Positions 1 to 8,962 of a stretch of DNA of 63,377 nt are shown here, piece after piece. Where the stretch lies: positions 1-63,377 of the forward strand of contig JBAYHI010000006.1 of assembly GCA_041666205.1 (NCBI GenBank), written 5' to 3'. The translations under genes were made by a program, and so were the position numbers. The notes under the pieces were generated by a model. The model did no database searches. It saw only the letters and a program-made list of their open reading frames with translations, and was not told the origin of the DNA. Positions within the stretch are counted from its first letter, which is position 1, and every line of letters starts with the position of its first letter. The stretch comes from Patescibacteria group bacterium. GTDB taxonomy: Bacteria; Patescibacteriota; Patescibacteriia; UBA9934.

Positions 1-97
1 CAACTACCGTCCCAGCGGCAGCAAAGAAATCAGAGAGCTCTTCTTCTGTTGCAGAGAATGGGAGATTCCCTACGAAGATTTTTGTTTGTTCGGTCAT
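1..97 (-). CDS. RRM-type RNA-binding protein, N-terminal fragment (gene runs off the left edge)
   Basis: Reverse strand from ATG at 97 reads MTEQTKIFVGNLPFSATEEELSDFFAAAGTVV. IFVGNL is the RNP-2-like motif of RRM domains. Truncated, so absent from the ORF track. Confidence 0.6.
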   Translation of the reverse strand, partial: MTEQTKIFVGNLPFSATEEELSDFFAAAGTVV

Positions 98-152
98 AAA
101 AAAATTACGAATAACGAGGAATAGTATAGCGCAAGACTGCCCAGGTTGTCAA

Positions 153-1481
153 CTAGTAATCGCGCAATTTGTGTATAATCTCTTTCTGCTGAATCTTTTC
201 AAGGGCTTTGGCCTCAATTTGGCGAATACGCTCACGCGTAACGTCAAATTCACGCCCGACTTCTTCGAGCGTATGGGAAACGCCGTCTACGAGCCCGAAA
301 CGCATTTCAAGGATCTTTTGCTCACGTGGGGTCAAATCGCGCATGGCTTCTTGCACATAGTCGCGCAGCAGCTCACGCGCCGCATTCTTGGCCGGCGAGA
401 CGGTTTTAACGTCCTCGATAAAGTCCTCAAGCTTTGAGTCTTCTTCATCGTCGCCAACCGAGGCTTCCAAAGAAACCGTTTCTTGTGAAATCTTTTTAAT
501 GTGGCGCACCTTGTCGATTGGCAATCCAAGTTCTGCCGACATTTCCTCTGGAAGCGGTTCACGACCCAAATCCTGAATGAGACGTCGCTCGACTTGTTTG
601 AATCGATTGATAGTTTCCACCATGTGAACTGGGATGCGGATCGTTCGCGATTGATCGGCAAGCGCACGGGTAATGGCTTGTCGAATCCACCACGTCGCAT
701 ACGTGGAGAATTTATATCCTTTGCGATATTCAAATTTTTTGACCGCGCGGAAGAGCCCAACGTTTCCTTCTTGAATGAGGTCCAAAAGCGAGAGTTGTTT
801 GCCAACGAATTTTTTTGCAATCGAAACAACCAAGCGCAAGTTCGCTTCAATCAAGCGTCGCACGGCTTCTTGATCGCCGCGCTCTTTTCGTTTTGCGAGC
901 GCAATTTCTTCTTCGGCATTCAAGAGCGGAATCTTTCCAATTTCGCGCAAGTACATTTGAATCGAATCCTGCGAAATGTCCCCCAAATCAACCTTGGTGT
1001 CCATTTTTACGCGAATCTTATCGTAGACGCCTTCCATTTCTTTATCGCGTCCCAAAAAGCCTTCTTTCATCTCAATAAAATGAAGACCTGCGGTTTCGAG
1101 GCGATCCAAAAATGCCTCGAGTTGAGGAATATGATCCTCAATATCCCCAAACGCAAATAGCACTTCATTTTCCGTTACAAACCCACGACCCCGACCACGC
1201 ACAATGAGTTGGTCGAGTTTTTCCTGACTGGGAGGAAGGGATTTTTTATAACGCTCCTGGGGAACCGCTTTTAAGGCGGGTTTCTTTGGGAGAGATTTTT
1301 TGGCAATGGACTTCTTGACCATCGCCTTTTTTGGCGCCACTTTTTTCGCAGGCTTTTGCGGTCGTTTTTGTTTTTTCAAAAGAGATTTTTTTGGCGCGTT
1401 TTTTACTCGCGCAGATTTTTTAACGATCGCTTTTTTCTTTCCTCCCGCATGCTTTTTTCCCTTCATATGCAAAGACGTCAC
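153..1481 (-). CDS. rpoD: RNA polymerase sigma-70 factor RpoD with a lysine-rich N-terminal tail
   Basis: Regions 1.2 to 4 recognisable ([68 protein letters not shown]). Track start is a GTG; the ATG at 1466 is an alternative start. Confidence 0.9.
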   Translation of the reverse strand: MTSLHMKGKKHAGGKKKAIVKKSARVKNAPKKSLLKKQKRPQKPAKKVAPKKAMVKKSIAKKSLPKKPALKAVPQERYKKSLPPSQEKLDQLIVRGRGRGFVTENEVLFAFGDIEDHIPQLEAFLDRLETAGLHFIEMKEGFLGRDKEMEGVYDKIRVKMDTKVDLGDISQDSIQMYLREIGKIPLLNAEEEIALAKRKERGDQEAVRRLIEANLRLVVSIAKKFVGKQLSLLDLIQEGNVGLFRAVKKFEYRKGYKFSTYATWWIRQAITRALADQSRTIRIPVHMVETINRFKQVERRLIQDLGREPLPEEMSAELGLPIDKVRHIKKISQETVSLEASVGDDEEDSKLEDFIEDVKTVSPAKNAARELLRDYVQEAMRDLTPREQKILEMRFGLVDGVSHTLEEVGREFDVTRERIRQIEAKALEKIQQKEIIHKLRDY

Positions 1482-1511
1482 CCCAAATTCGGTTTCCCGA
1501 GATCCAGAGTT

Positions 1512-3308
1512 TTAGGTGGATAAAAATTTTTGATAATCCGCAAGAAGTGAAGCGAGGAGCGTTTGATCGCCCGCGCGTTCTGCTTCGCGGATCGCAGATT
1601 CCATCTGCTTTCGTTGCTCATCCAAATGGATGGAGCCCAGGACGTCTCTATGCCGATTCCATTCTTCACGCCGTGCATCAGCAGTTAGCTCGGAAAACGT
1701 GGACTCAAAACTGAGGTAAAGGGCCCGAAGGGCCTGTAATTCCTCAAGACGAGTTTCTTCACGATATTTTTCTTCGAGATGCTGAAATAGTTGTTTTGGC
1801 GTGGATTCGGTAGATTCGGCATTAGTATAAAGGGTTTTGAGATCATTGTAAAGTCTGTCAAGCCGATTTGTGGATGACGGGAGAGGCTGATAAATCTCAA
1901 AGAGCTCTTTGAGATAGTGTTCGTCAAACAGGGCCAAGGCCAGCAAAAGCTCAACCGTGCGATCAAACCGAGAGATGGGACGTGGAAGTGCCACGACCTG
2001 TTTTGCATCAATTTGAACCGGTTGCTTACGATTTGGCTTGATTTTCTGGAGTTCCGCAATAAGTGCGGTTTTTTCAATATTCACGATGTCAGACAATCGA
2101 TCAAGCCAATAGGAACGATCAATTTCATCGGTAAGATGCGCGATTTCTTCAAGAATAAAATGGGAGAATCCGCGTTTTCCTTCGAGCGTATTTGGATCGT
2201 GTTCATCGAGCCCACGGGTGACGTAATACTCCATGATTGGAATTGGACGCTCCACAAGCTCGCGCCAACGTGCGGGATTTTTGCGCACCACATCATCGGG
2301 ATCTTTCCCATCTTCTTTGGGAATCGAAATGACCGAGATTTGGAATCCCGCTTCTTGCGCGAGTCGAATACCACGTTGCGCCGCGGCAAATCCTGCGGCA
2401 TCAGCGTCAAATGAAAATAGAATTGAATTTGTGAGGCGCTTTAAAATTGCCAAGTGATCTTCCGTGAGCGCCGTGCCGGAACTTGCGACCACGTGTTTTA
2501 CCTCTGCCTTGTGCGAGGCGATCACATCGAGATTTCCTTCCACAACGATCACGCACTTCTCCGTGCGAATGGCAGTCTTTGCCAGATGCAGGCCATAGAG
2601 AAGCCGGCGCTTGCTATAAATTTCCGTTTCAGGCGAATTCAAATATTTTGGCCCTTCGCCTTCGAGCAATCGCCCAGTGAAGCCAACGATATGACCTTGT
2701 GCATCGCACAGCGGAATCATGAGCCGATTGCGAAAACGATCGATGAGATTCCCGCGCCCGCTTTCTTTGGCAAGCCCAGACGCCACGAGTTGCGCATCCG
2801 TGATTTTGCGCGATCGCAATAGTTGCACGAGCACATCCCATCGATCTGGCGCAGCGCCGAGTTGAAATGCATCAACGAGTTCGGGAGGAATCTCGCGCTT
2901 TGCGATGTATTGGCGTGCCAATTCCCCGAGCGGATGATCGAGGCGAATTTTTTTATAAACGTTCCCAGCCATTTCCTGCAATTCGAGCAAAAGAGATTCA
3001 TGACTTGTATCTTTTTTTGGACGAAACTCCGGAATCTCAACCCCGGCTTTTTTTCCCAGGAGGTGAAGCGCCTCGGGGAAATCAATCCCCTCCATGTCCA
3101 TCACAAAACTAAAAATGTCGCCACCCTTATTGCACCCAAAACAATGCCAGATCGCTTTTTCGCGCGAAACGTAAAAGGAGGCGGTCTTTTCGCCGTGAAA
3201 CGGACAAAGCGCTCGAAAACTCCCCTGCCCCGCGGGTTTCAGCTCTAAATACTCGCCGATCAAATCTGCAATATCGAGGCGCGCTTTAATTTCGTCCTTG
3301 GGTTCCAT
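1512..3308 (-). CDS. dnaG: DNA primase
   Basis: Zn-ribbon CPFHGEKTASFYVSREKAIWHCFGCNKGGD and a TOPRIM region (VIVVEGNLDVIA, FDADAAG). Lies directly upstream of rpoD, the classical order. Confidence 0.9.
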   Translation of the reverse strand: MEPKDEIKARLDIADLIGEYLELKPAGQGSFRALCPFHGEKTASFYVSREKAIWHCFGCNKGGDIFSFVMDMEGIDFPEALHLLGKKAGVEIPEFRPKKDTSHESLLLELQEMAGNVYKKIRLDHPLGELARQYIAKREIPPELVDAFQLGAAPDRWDVLVQLLRSRKITDAQLVASGLAKESGRGNLIDRFRNRLMIPLCDAQGHIVGFTGRLLEGEGPKYLNSPETEIYSKRRLLYGLHLAKTAIRTEKCVIVVEGNLDVIASHKAEVKHVVASSGTALTEDHLAILKRLTNSILFSFDADAAGFAAAQRGIRLAQEAGFQISVISIPKEDGKDPDDVVRKNPARWRELVERPIPIMEYYVTRGLDEHDPNTLEGKRGFSHFILEEIAHLTDEIDRSYWLDRLSDIVNIEKTALIAELQKIKPNRKQPVQIDAKQVVALPRPISRFDRTVELLLALALFDEHYLKELFEIYQPLPSSTNRLDRLYNDLKTLYTNAESTESTPKQLFQHLEEKYREETRLEELQALRALYLSFESTFSELTADARREEWNRHRDVLGSIHLDEQRKQMESAIREAERAGDQTLLASLLADYQKFLST

Positions 3309-4332
3309 GTACAGGCATCTTACCGTTCTGACGCCTCAAAAACAAGCGGTCTTTTGAAAGGATGAGTGGGCCGGCAAATGAGATAATAAAAAGAATGGCA
3401 CCAGCAAAAACGAAAAACCATGCCACAAGTTCGCGAAGCGTATACGCAGAAAGATCATAAAAATTCACAACCAAAAAGCCCATCCACAGCGAAAGATAAA
3501 ATCCAAACAAGAGATAGCTCCAAATAACCGCCTCGGGCTTTTGCACCTTGTACTGCGAGAATTCCGCATGGGCATGCACGCCCGAATCTAAAACCGGGCC
3601 GGCAATAAATGCCGTCACGATGAGAATCAATCCAAATAAAATCTGCATGAGCACAAATGGCGGGTATACATAAACCATTCCGCTCGATAAGACAAAGAAC
3701 AAAAGCATGAATGCTGCGAGCGCCACCAAAATCACTTTACACATCGGCTCCAAAATTTCATACAAAAACGGCATGCGTTCGGCCAATTGTCGATTTTTGA
3801 AAAACAAGAAACTAAATACGATTGCCGTGCCAAGCCCGAGGCCAATGGAGCCAACCGAAAGCACGCGCTCAATGGCAAACCCAAATTCCCATGCATAGAG
3901 TGGCATAAGCAAAAATGCCAGGGTGCACAAAAGCATCCCTACATACATCCATTCAAACTCGACCCAGGTTTTTTTACGATCCTTGCGGATAAACCACAGA
4001 CCCGTGAGCGCCACAATAATCAAGAAAACGATCGGAACAAATTGAATTTCGAGCAATTGCAATTCCGGCAGATATTGTTCTTGCACGGAAGTGTATTGGG
4101 TTGTGAGTACCACCGTGCGCGTAGCCACCAGCTGACACCACCAGCAACAAACAAGCATGACCGTGCCAATGAGCATAGGAGCGAGCATTTCCACGGAAAG
4201 CATTTGCCACACGCTTGTTTCCTCGCGACTCATGCGACCCTCCACAGAAAAAACCACGCCCCAAAGCACTCCGGCGCTCGTAATAGCGAGGCCAAGGTAC
4301 ATGCCAATGAGTGACCAATCAATCATGTGCAT
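3286..4332 (-). CDS. multi-pass integral membrane protein, function unknown
   Basis: 348-aa ORF with at least 8 hydrophobic segments. Its end overlaps the dnaG start by 23 nt. Confidence 0.5.
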   Translation of the reverse strand: MHMIDWSLIGMYLGLAITSAGVLWGVVFSVEGRMSREETSVWQMLSVEMLAPMLIGTVMLVCCWWCQLVATRTVVLTTQYTSVQEQYLPELQLLEIQFVPIVFLIIVALTGLWFIRKDRKKTWVEFEWMYVGMLLCTLAFLLMPLYAWEFGFAIERVLSVGSIGLGLGTAIVFSFLFFKNRQLAERMPFLYEILEPMCKVILVALAAFMLLFFVLSSGMVYVYPPFVLMQILFGLILIVTAFIAGPVLDSGVHAHAEFSQYKVQKPEAVIWSYLLFGFYLSLWMGFLVVNFYDLSAYTLRELVAWFFVFAGAILFIISFAGPLILSKDRLFLRRQNGKMPVHGTQGRN

Positions 4333-4333
4333 A

Positions 4334-4495
4334 CTATTTTCCTGCGAGCATCAAAATGAGCGCAATAACAAAAAACACATGCGCAGCCAGCCAGGCGTTT
4401 ACACTCCCAGCCTCCAAAAAACAGGCCGTCACAACAACGCCAAGTCCAGCCACAAAAATCATGAGCGTGCTCGGTTTTAACCTCCAATGATGCAT
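4334..4495 (-). CDS. small (53 aa) two-helix membrane protein candidate
   Basis: Hand translation: MHHWRLKPSTLMIFVAGLGVVVTACFLEAGSVNAWLAAHVFFVIALILMLAGK. Stop lies 2 nt before the next gene start. Below the ORF-track length cut-off. Confidence 0.3.
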   Translation of the reverse strand: MHHWRLKPSTLMIFVAGLGVVVTACFLEAGSVNAWLAAHVFFVIALILMLAGK

Positions 4496-4502
4496 GGCAC
4501 CA

Positions 4503-4970
4503 TTATATCATGGCAAGAATCACCACGTAATTTTTCCCGTATTTCTTCGCGCACTTCGGGCACGTGGTGTAATAAAAATACATTTTTTTGATTTCTTTCC
4601 CCTGACCTTTCACGTATGCGTCCATGGATTTAATCCACGCGCCCATATTCTGGTACGGGCCCTCGAATACCTTTGTTAAAAATGTTCCGGAAATGATCGT
4701 TGTTTTTGCACCTGGAATTTCTTTATCGACATCAATATAAATATTTGATCCCCACAGTGTTTCTTCCCCGGTCATCACAATCGTCGGCCGTTTTGCTCCT
4801 GCTTTTTCAATAAGAGCCGCGTTCACCGTCATTTTCTTTCCAAAATTGAGCGGCATGTGCAAGATACTTGTCACGTGGTCTACAACAAATAGCTTGTTGT
4901 TCCAGGTGATTTCTTTTTCCTCCCAAAGCGCCGGGTCAAATTTCTCACAGCAAACTTGTTCATTTTCCAT
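4503..4970 (-). CDS. conserved hypothetical protein with C-terminal CPKC motif
   Basis: 155-aa ORF with no overlap. The C-terminal YFYYTTCPKCAKKYGKNYVV looks familiar, but I cannot name the family. Confidence 0.45.
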   Translation of the reverse strand: MENEQVCCEKFDPALWEEKEITWNNKLFVVDHVTSILHMPLNFGKKMTVNAALIEKAGAKRPTIVMTGEETLWGSNIYIDVDKEIPGAKTTIISGTFLTKVFEGPYQNMGAWIKSMDAYVKGQGKEIKKMYFYYTTCPKCAKKYGKNYVVILAMI

Positions 4971-5047
4971 ATTGTTTGATTATGCCTTCATTGTACTCAA
5001 ATTCAAGAAACTGAAAAGGCACAAAAGAAAAACCACGCCCATCCTCT

Positions 5048-5130
5048 TGTGTCATTGCGAGCCCGTAGGGCGAAGCAATCTATACGAGTAGATTGCTTCG
5101 TCGGCTAAAAGCCTCCTCGCAATGACACAG
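5048..5130. repeat. MITE-like nested palindrome, copy A
   Basis: tgtgtcattgcgagc...cgaagcaatct-atacgag-tagattgcttcg...ctcgcaatgacaca. Reverse-complement copy at 54194-54282 and a related variant at 34782-34856. Confidence 0.8.
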
Positions 5131-5150
5131 GAATAAGACGTGATTTCAAC

Positions 5151-5717
5151 TTACATTTTTTCTTCCGTGGCTGGTTTGAAAATCTTGAGGATTGAGGAAA
5201 CCTCGAGCTTTGGATTTGCCATGACCCATCGGTGCAAGAGTGGCGAAAGCGTTGCCGCAAGCACAATGTTTCCAGCGAGGTGGTAGAGCGTAAATGGAAT
5301 CTGGCCCGTGATGGTCATCATAAGTGGCATTTTGAACAAGAGCACACCCATACCAATCCCCGTGACCGCGTCGTAGAAAAGCGTTGCAACAACCGAGAAC
5401 ACAACGTAGTGCCAAATCGTATTTTTCTCGCCACGAAGCACGAGACCAGCAACCGCGCCGATCACCGCATAGGTTCCGGCCGTCATATACGACCACGAGC
5501 CGAATGTGCCCGTGAGGAAATCGTAACCCAAAATTGCAACAAGACAAAAAATCATGCCGGCAAGCCATCCCCAACGCTTGGAAAACGGCATCATGGTTGC
5601 CATAATCGGCTCCACATTTGGTGGATGCGGTAATAGGCGCAATCCGACCACGACCCCCAGCGAAATGAGAAACTTAAAAACCTGTTGCAATACACTCATA
5701 GAAAAATTAAATTTCAA
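5151..5717 (-). CDS. integral membrane protein, possibly an ECF-type S-component / DUF6580-like vitamin transporter
   Basis: About 6 TM segments. The N-terminal LRLLPHPPNVEPI motif recalls the DUF6580 / solitary S-component families. Family assignment is from memory only. Confidence 0.4.
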   Translation of the reverse strand: MKFNFSMSVLQQVFKFLISLGVVVGLRLLPHPPNVEPIMATMMPFSKRWGWLAGMIFCLVAILGYDFLTGTFGSWSYMTAGTYAVIGAVAGLVLRGEKNTIWHYVVFSVVATLFYDAVTGIGMGVLLFKMPLMMTITGQIPFTLYHLAGNIVLAATLSPLLHRWVMANPKLEVSSILKIFKPATEEKM

Positions 5718-5730
5718 GATCTACAGACTA

Positions 5731-5937
5731 TCACTTCTTGGCAAAAAACTTCAAGTAGACGATTGGGAGGATCCCCAAGGTATTAAAAATCATCATGCAA
5801 ATAAACCATGCCAAGTCTTTTTGTTGTGCCGCCTTCCACATTCCCATCCCGCGCCAAACAATGTCCCAAATCGCAAGGAGAAAAAGTCCAAGGATGATAA
5901 GCGAAACCATTGGCGCGGAAAAATCAAATGTATCCAT
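5731..5937 (-). CDS. small two-TM membrane protein (DUF5652-like)
   Basis: 68 aa. WDIVWRGMGMWKAAQQKDLAWFI followed by a second helix. Confidence 0.45.
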   Translation of the reverse strand: MDTFDFSAPMVSLIILGLFLLAIWDIVWRGMGMWKAAQQKDLAWFICMMIFNTLGILPIVYLKFFAKK

Positions 5938-5954
5938 AAAAAAATAATTAATTG

Positions 5955-7121
5955 TTATTCACAAATTCCAGATGAGTCCCCTATTCCACCTGTGGGGAAA
6001 ATGATTGCTTTTGAGCCACCGCCTATGCTCATTATACTCGGGGTGAGGCCAGAGCAACACCTCGGTGCGTCGACGTAATCAAGATACGCTTCCCCTTCAG
6101 GAATGCAACGACGCGGATCGTTTTCTTGAAGCGGATATCCGTTGAGCGCCGGCGCGCCATTTTCGGTGCCGCGCAGGCCATAGCGATAAAGAATCGTAGC
6201 ACCCATATCCATACGATCGCCACTGCGCATCACATCGGAATCACTCGTGGCAAAAAAGCCATACGGCGCATTCAAGTGATTTGTGAGATCTTCCCCAAAT
6301 CCATGGTCAGTCACAACGTAGACAATTGTTTTATCTGCGATTCCAAGTACTTGGAGCTTATCCTCGATCTGACCAAGCCACACATCATCATCGACAATTC
6401 CCTGCGTGTACTTCGTAGAGTTCTCCCCAGCGGAATGGCCCGCATTGTCGGGATGCGCAAATTCGACAAAGGCAAAAAATGGTTGGGTCCCGAATGCGTC
6501 GAGTGCGCTTAACATTTCCTCGCCAACGTTTTGATTTGACCCGAGTCCGGTCTTAAAATAATCCACCGATGTTTTTGTGATGCAATATGGCTGTCCGAGT
6601 GTTTCATAGCCCGAGACTGAATCAATCTCACCCGCACAAACGCCACCGATGTGATCGCCTTTCCCCGCCAAAAAGATCGTGGCAATATTATCCGCACCGA
6701 AATAATCTTCGAGTTTTTCAAAAACCGAATATCCTTCTGGTAAGGGCTGATACTGCGTATTGCTCTCAATCCCCGTTGTTTTTGCATTGTATCCGGACAA
6801 AATTTGCGACCAACCAGGCTTGGTTTCTGTGCGACCGCTTGTGACTGTGAGATCAAAAATCTTCCCATCAAAAAATTGTTTGAGATTTGGGAGTCCTTCC
6901 GGGCATGCACTCAATTCCTTGTTATAGCACTCCCAAAGATGATCGCGTTGCACACCGTCCCACCCAATCACAAGCATGTTGAAATCCGGAGGAGTATTCT
7001 TGGCTTGGTGCAAATCGTTTGTAAATACCGAATTCCAAATATCCATCCCGGTGATTACAAGAAGACCGCATACCAAAACCAATCCGAACCAAACATAAAC
7101 TCGATTCACTCGTTCATTCAT
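5955..7121 (-). CDS. membrane-anchored alkaline-phosphatase-superfamily enzyme (phosphodiesterase/pyrophosphatase-like)
   Basis: GWDGVQRDHL, HPDNAGHSAG and VVTDHGF metal-site-like motifs. Start trimmed to MNERVNRVYVW (ATG at 7121), which gives a TM anchor and removes the overlap with the upstream gene. Confidence 0.6.
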   Translation of the reverse strand: MNERVNRVYVWFGLVLVCGLLVITGMDIWNSVFTNDLHQAKNTPPDFNMLVIGWDGVQRDHLWECYNKELSACPEGLPNLKQFFDGKIFDLTVTSGRTETKPGWSQILSGYNAKTTGIESNTQYQPLPEGYSVFEKLEDYFGADNIATIFLAGKGDHIGGVCAGEIDSVSGYETLGQPYCITKTSVDYFKTGLGSNQNVGEEMLSALDAFGTQPFFAFVEFAHPDNAGHSAGENSTKYTQGIVDDDVWLGQIEDKLQVLGIADKTIVYVVTDHGFGEDLTNHLNAPYGFFATSDSDVMRSGDRMDMGATILYRYGLRGTENGAPALNGYPLQENDPRRCIPEGEAYLDYVDAPRCCSGLTPSIMSIGGGSKAIIFPTGGIGDSSGICE

Positions 7122-7156
7122 AGCTAAAGCGTAGCAAAAAATGTACGCAAGAACAA

Positions 7157-7540
7157 CTATACGCGCTGAAACGTTCTTATAAGCTCCAGGTCTTTCAAAT
7201 CCTTTTCCCTCCCCATCTCTTTTTTCCACTGCACGACGTATTCGAGTTTCACAAATGGAAACCCTTCAATTGTTTCCGCCGTATCAATCATCTCGTCCAT
7301 CTGACTTGTGAGCGTACGCCAATCTTTAAAGACTTCAATATTGCCAATCACAAGACGCGATGGATTCTCCCGGATCGATTCAGGGTGTTTCGCTACTAGC
7401 GCGTCGTAAATCCCCTTTTTCACGATGAGATCAATGTCGTGCGATTCTCGCATGCCACGAATCGCCATGGGACCACTTCCAAAAATCGCGTATTGCCCCG
7501 CGGGAAGATTCAGCGCCTTAAGTTCGTCGAGATGGTTCAT
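7157..7540 (-). CDS. minimal nucleotidyltransferase-fold protein
   Basis: FGSGPMAIRGMRESHDIDLIV fits the GS-x(9-12)-DxD pol-beta NTase motif. Start trimmed to MNHLDELK, giving an ATGA overlap with the upstream ORF. Confidence 0.5.
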   Translation of the reverse strand: MNHLDELKALNLPAGQYAIFGSGPMAIRGMRESHDIDLIVKKGIYDALVAKHPESIRENPSRLVIGNIEVFKDWRTLTSQMDEMIDTAETIEGFPFVKLEYVVQWKKEMGREKDLKDLELIRTFQRV

Positions 7541-7950
7541 ACTTTTTTCCGATGCAAATAGAAATACGCCGCATTCACCAGAATCGCCCAGACCGAGAGA
7601 CACACTGTCGCAAACATCATCCCCTCTCTCAACCCGCCGTGCATACCGGTTTGCAATAATGAAATTGTAAGATACGAACCCAATAAATAATAAAACGCAG
7701 ACTGTCGAATGTGATCGAGTATCCTGGGATGTGACAACTTTTCCAAATGCACCATAAACTTCGAAACGTACCAAAATGATAATGTTCCAACGATAAGAGC
7801 GTACAAGGTTAGTTCAATATATCCGCTCATATCAAACAGAAGCCCAAACATCCGTTCAGAAATCGAAAACCAAATAATCATCCCATAGAATAATGGCACA
7901 ATGAGGAGCCCGTATAAAATCGGCGATAGAATCTTTTTGAGAATGTTCAT
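7537..7950 (-). CDS. four-TM membrane protein, function unknown
   Basis: 137-aa hydrophobic ORF, translationally coupled to the following gene. Confidence 0.45.
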   Translation of the reverse strand: MNILKKILSPILYGLLIVPLFYGMIIWFSISERMFGLLFDMSGYIELTLYALIVGTLSFWYVSKFMVHLEKLSHPRILDHIRQSAFYYLLGSYLTISLLQTGMHGGLREGMMFATVCLSVWAILVNAAYFYLHRKKV

Positions 7951-8002
7951 ACAAATAAAGCGTAGCAGAAAACCGAAAAAACAACGAATCTACCAAGCAT
8001 AC

Positions 8003-8031
8003 TTGAAAAAATGCTCGGTTTCAGTTATAGT
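8003..8031 (+). promoter_or_regulatory. sigma70-like promoter of tRNA-Ser
   Basis: TTGAAA, 17 nt, TATAGT; sits 12 nt upstream of the tRNA 5' end. Confidence 0.55.
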
Positions 8032-8043
8032 TTCCGCACATTT

Positions 8044-8133
8044 GGAGAGGTCGCATAGTGGTCGAGTGCGCACGCTTGGAAAGCGTGTGAACCTTCACCG
8101 GTTTCGCGAGTTCGAATCTCGCCCTCTCCGCCA
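8044..8133 (+). tRNA. tRNA-Ser (anticodon GGA), CCA encoded
   Basis: Hand-folded cloverleaf: acceptor GGAGAGG/CCTCTCC, anticodon stem CACGC/GCGTG with loop TTGGAAA, long variable arm, T arm GCGAG-TTCGAAT-CTCGC, then G-CCA. Confidence 0.9.
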
Positions 8134-8231
8134 CCGAGCTGAGCTCGGTTTCTGCAAGCTGGCAAACGCTCAGCGTTTGTCACAGAAACAAAAAGCAAGT
8201 TCAGCTCGGTGATCGTCACGCTAAGCGTGAC
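8134..8231 (+). repeat. three short hairpins sharing a GCTNAGC core in the tRNA-Ser trailer
   Basis: ccgaGCTGAGCtcgg (8134-8148), caaacGCTCAGCgtttg (8163-8179), gtcacGCTAAGCgtgac (8215-8231). Confidence 0.7.
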
Positions 8232-8238
8232 CAAAGAA

Positions 8239-8266
8239 AATGCCGTGATTTCATCGTGGCATTTTT
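8239..8266 (+). terminator. intrinsic terminator after tRNA-Ser
   Basis: 10-bp stem atgccgtgat/atcgtggcat with two G-U pairs that form only on the plus strand, followed by TTTTT. Confidence 0.6.
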
Positions 8267-8305
8267 CATATCTCCAAAAGAAATTTTGTTTGGGGTCTGC
8301 TATAA

Positions 8306-8962
8306 TTGCATCATCGTATGGAACCCTACATCATTGGAATTGGAGGCCCTAGCGGATCGGGAAAATCCGCGTTTTGCAGACTGATGCAAACCACGTTTGA
8401 CGGCGTGTCACGATTAAAATTCGATGATTTTTTCAAAGATGCGATCGACGTGCCCATGTATAAAGACTGGCATTTGTGGGACGACCCGCAAAGCATCAAG
8501 TGGACCGAGCTTGTACAGGCCGCCAAAGACCTCAAGGCGAATCGACCGGCGATCGTGCCAAACTATTCTCGAACCGAAGATAAAACCGTTGGCGAAAAAT
8601 GTGTATTTCCTGCGCCCATTATTTTGATCGATGGCTATCAGTGCCTGTGCAATCCCGAGCTATGCGAGCTCATGGATCTCAAGCTGTATTTTCATCTTTC
8701 CGAAGGAAGCCAATTGCGCCGACGTCGTGAACGTCAACCGTGGGTGAAAGAAGGCTATCTGTATGAGACCATGCTCCCCTACGCCCGCACGTATCTTTTC
8801 CCGACGAAAGAATTTGCCGACCATGTGATTAACGCGGAAATGAGCGTGCAAGGCGTAGCAGACCAATGCATTGGAATTGTTACGAATCGCCTCGGCGACA
8901 GACTGAAAAAACTTGGAAGCCGTGAGCGTTTTCAAACCGTCAAAATTTTCGCCCGCGTATGA
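8306..8962 (+). CDS. P-loop nucleoside/uridine-kinase-like protein
   Basis: Walker A IGIGGPSGSGKSAF and an overall uridine kinase / PRK-family layout. The start may be the second Met (MEPYII). Confidence 0.55.
   Translation: MHHRMEPYIIGIGGPSGSGKSAFCRLMQTTFDGVSRLKFDDFFKDAIDVPMYKDWHLWDDPQSIKWTELVQAAKDLKANRPAIVPNYSRTEDKTVGEKCVFPAPIILIDGYQCLCNPELCELMDLKLYFHLSEGSQLRRRRERQPWVKEGYLYETMLPYARTYLFPTKEFADHVINAEMSVQGVADQCIGIVTNRLGDRLKKLGSRERFQTVKIFARV

Noticed and set aside
7901-8234. ORFs 7901-8212 (+) and 8025-8234 (-) overlapping the tRNA-Ser locus.
   Set aside because: They are translations of the tRNA gene and its hairpin trailer.
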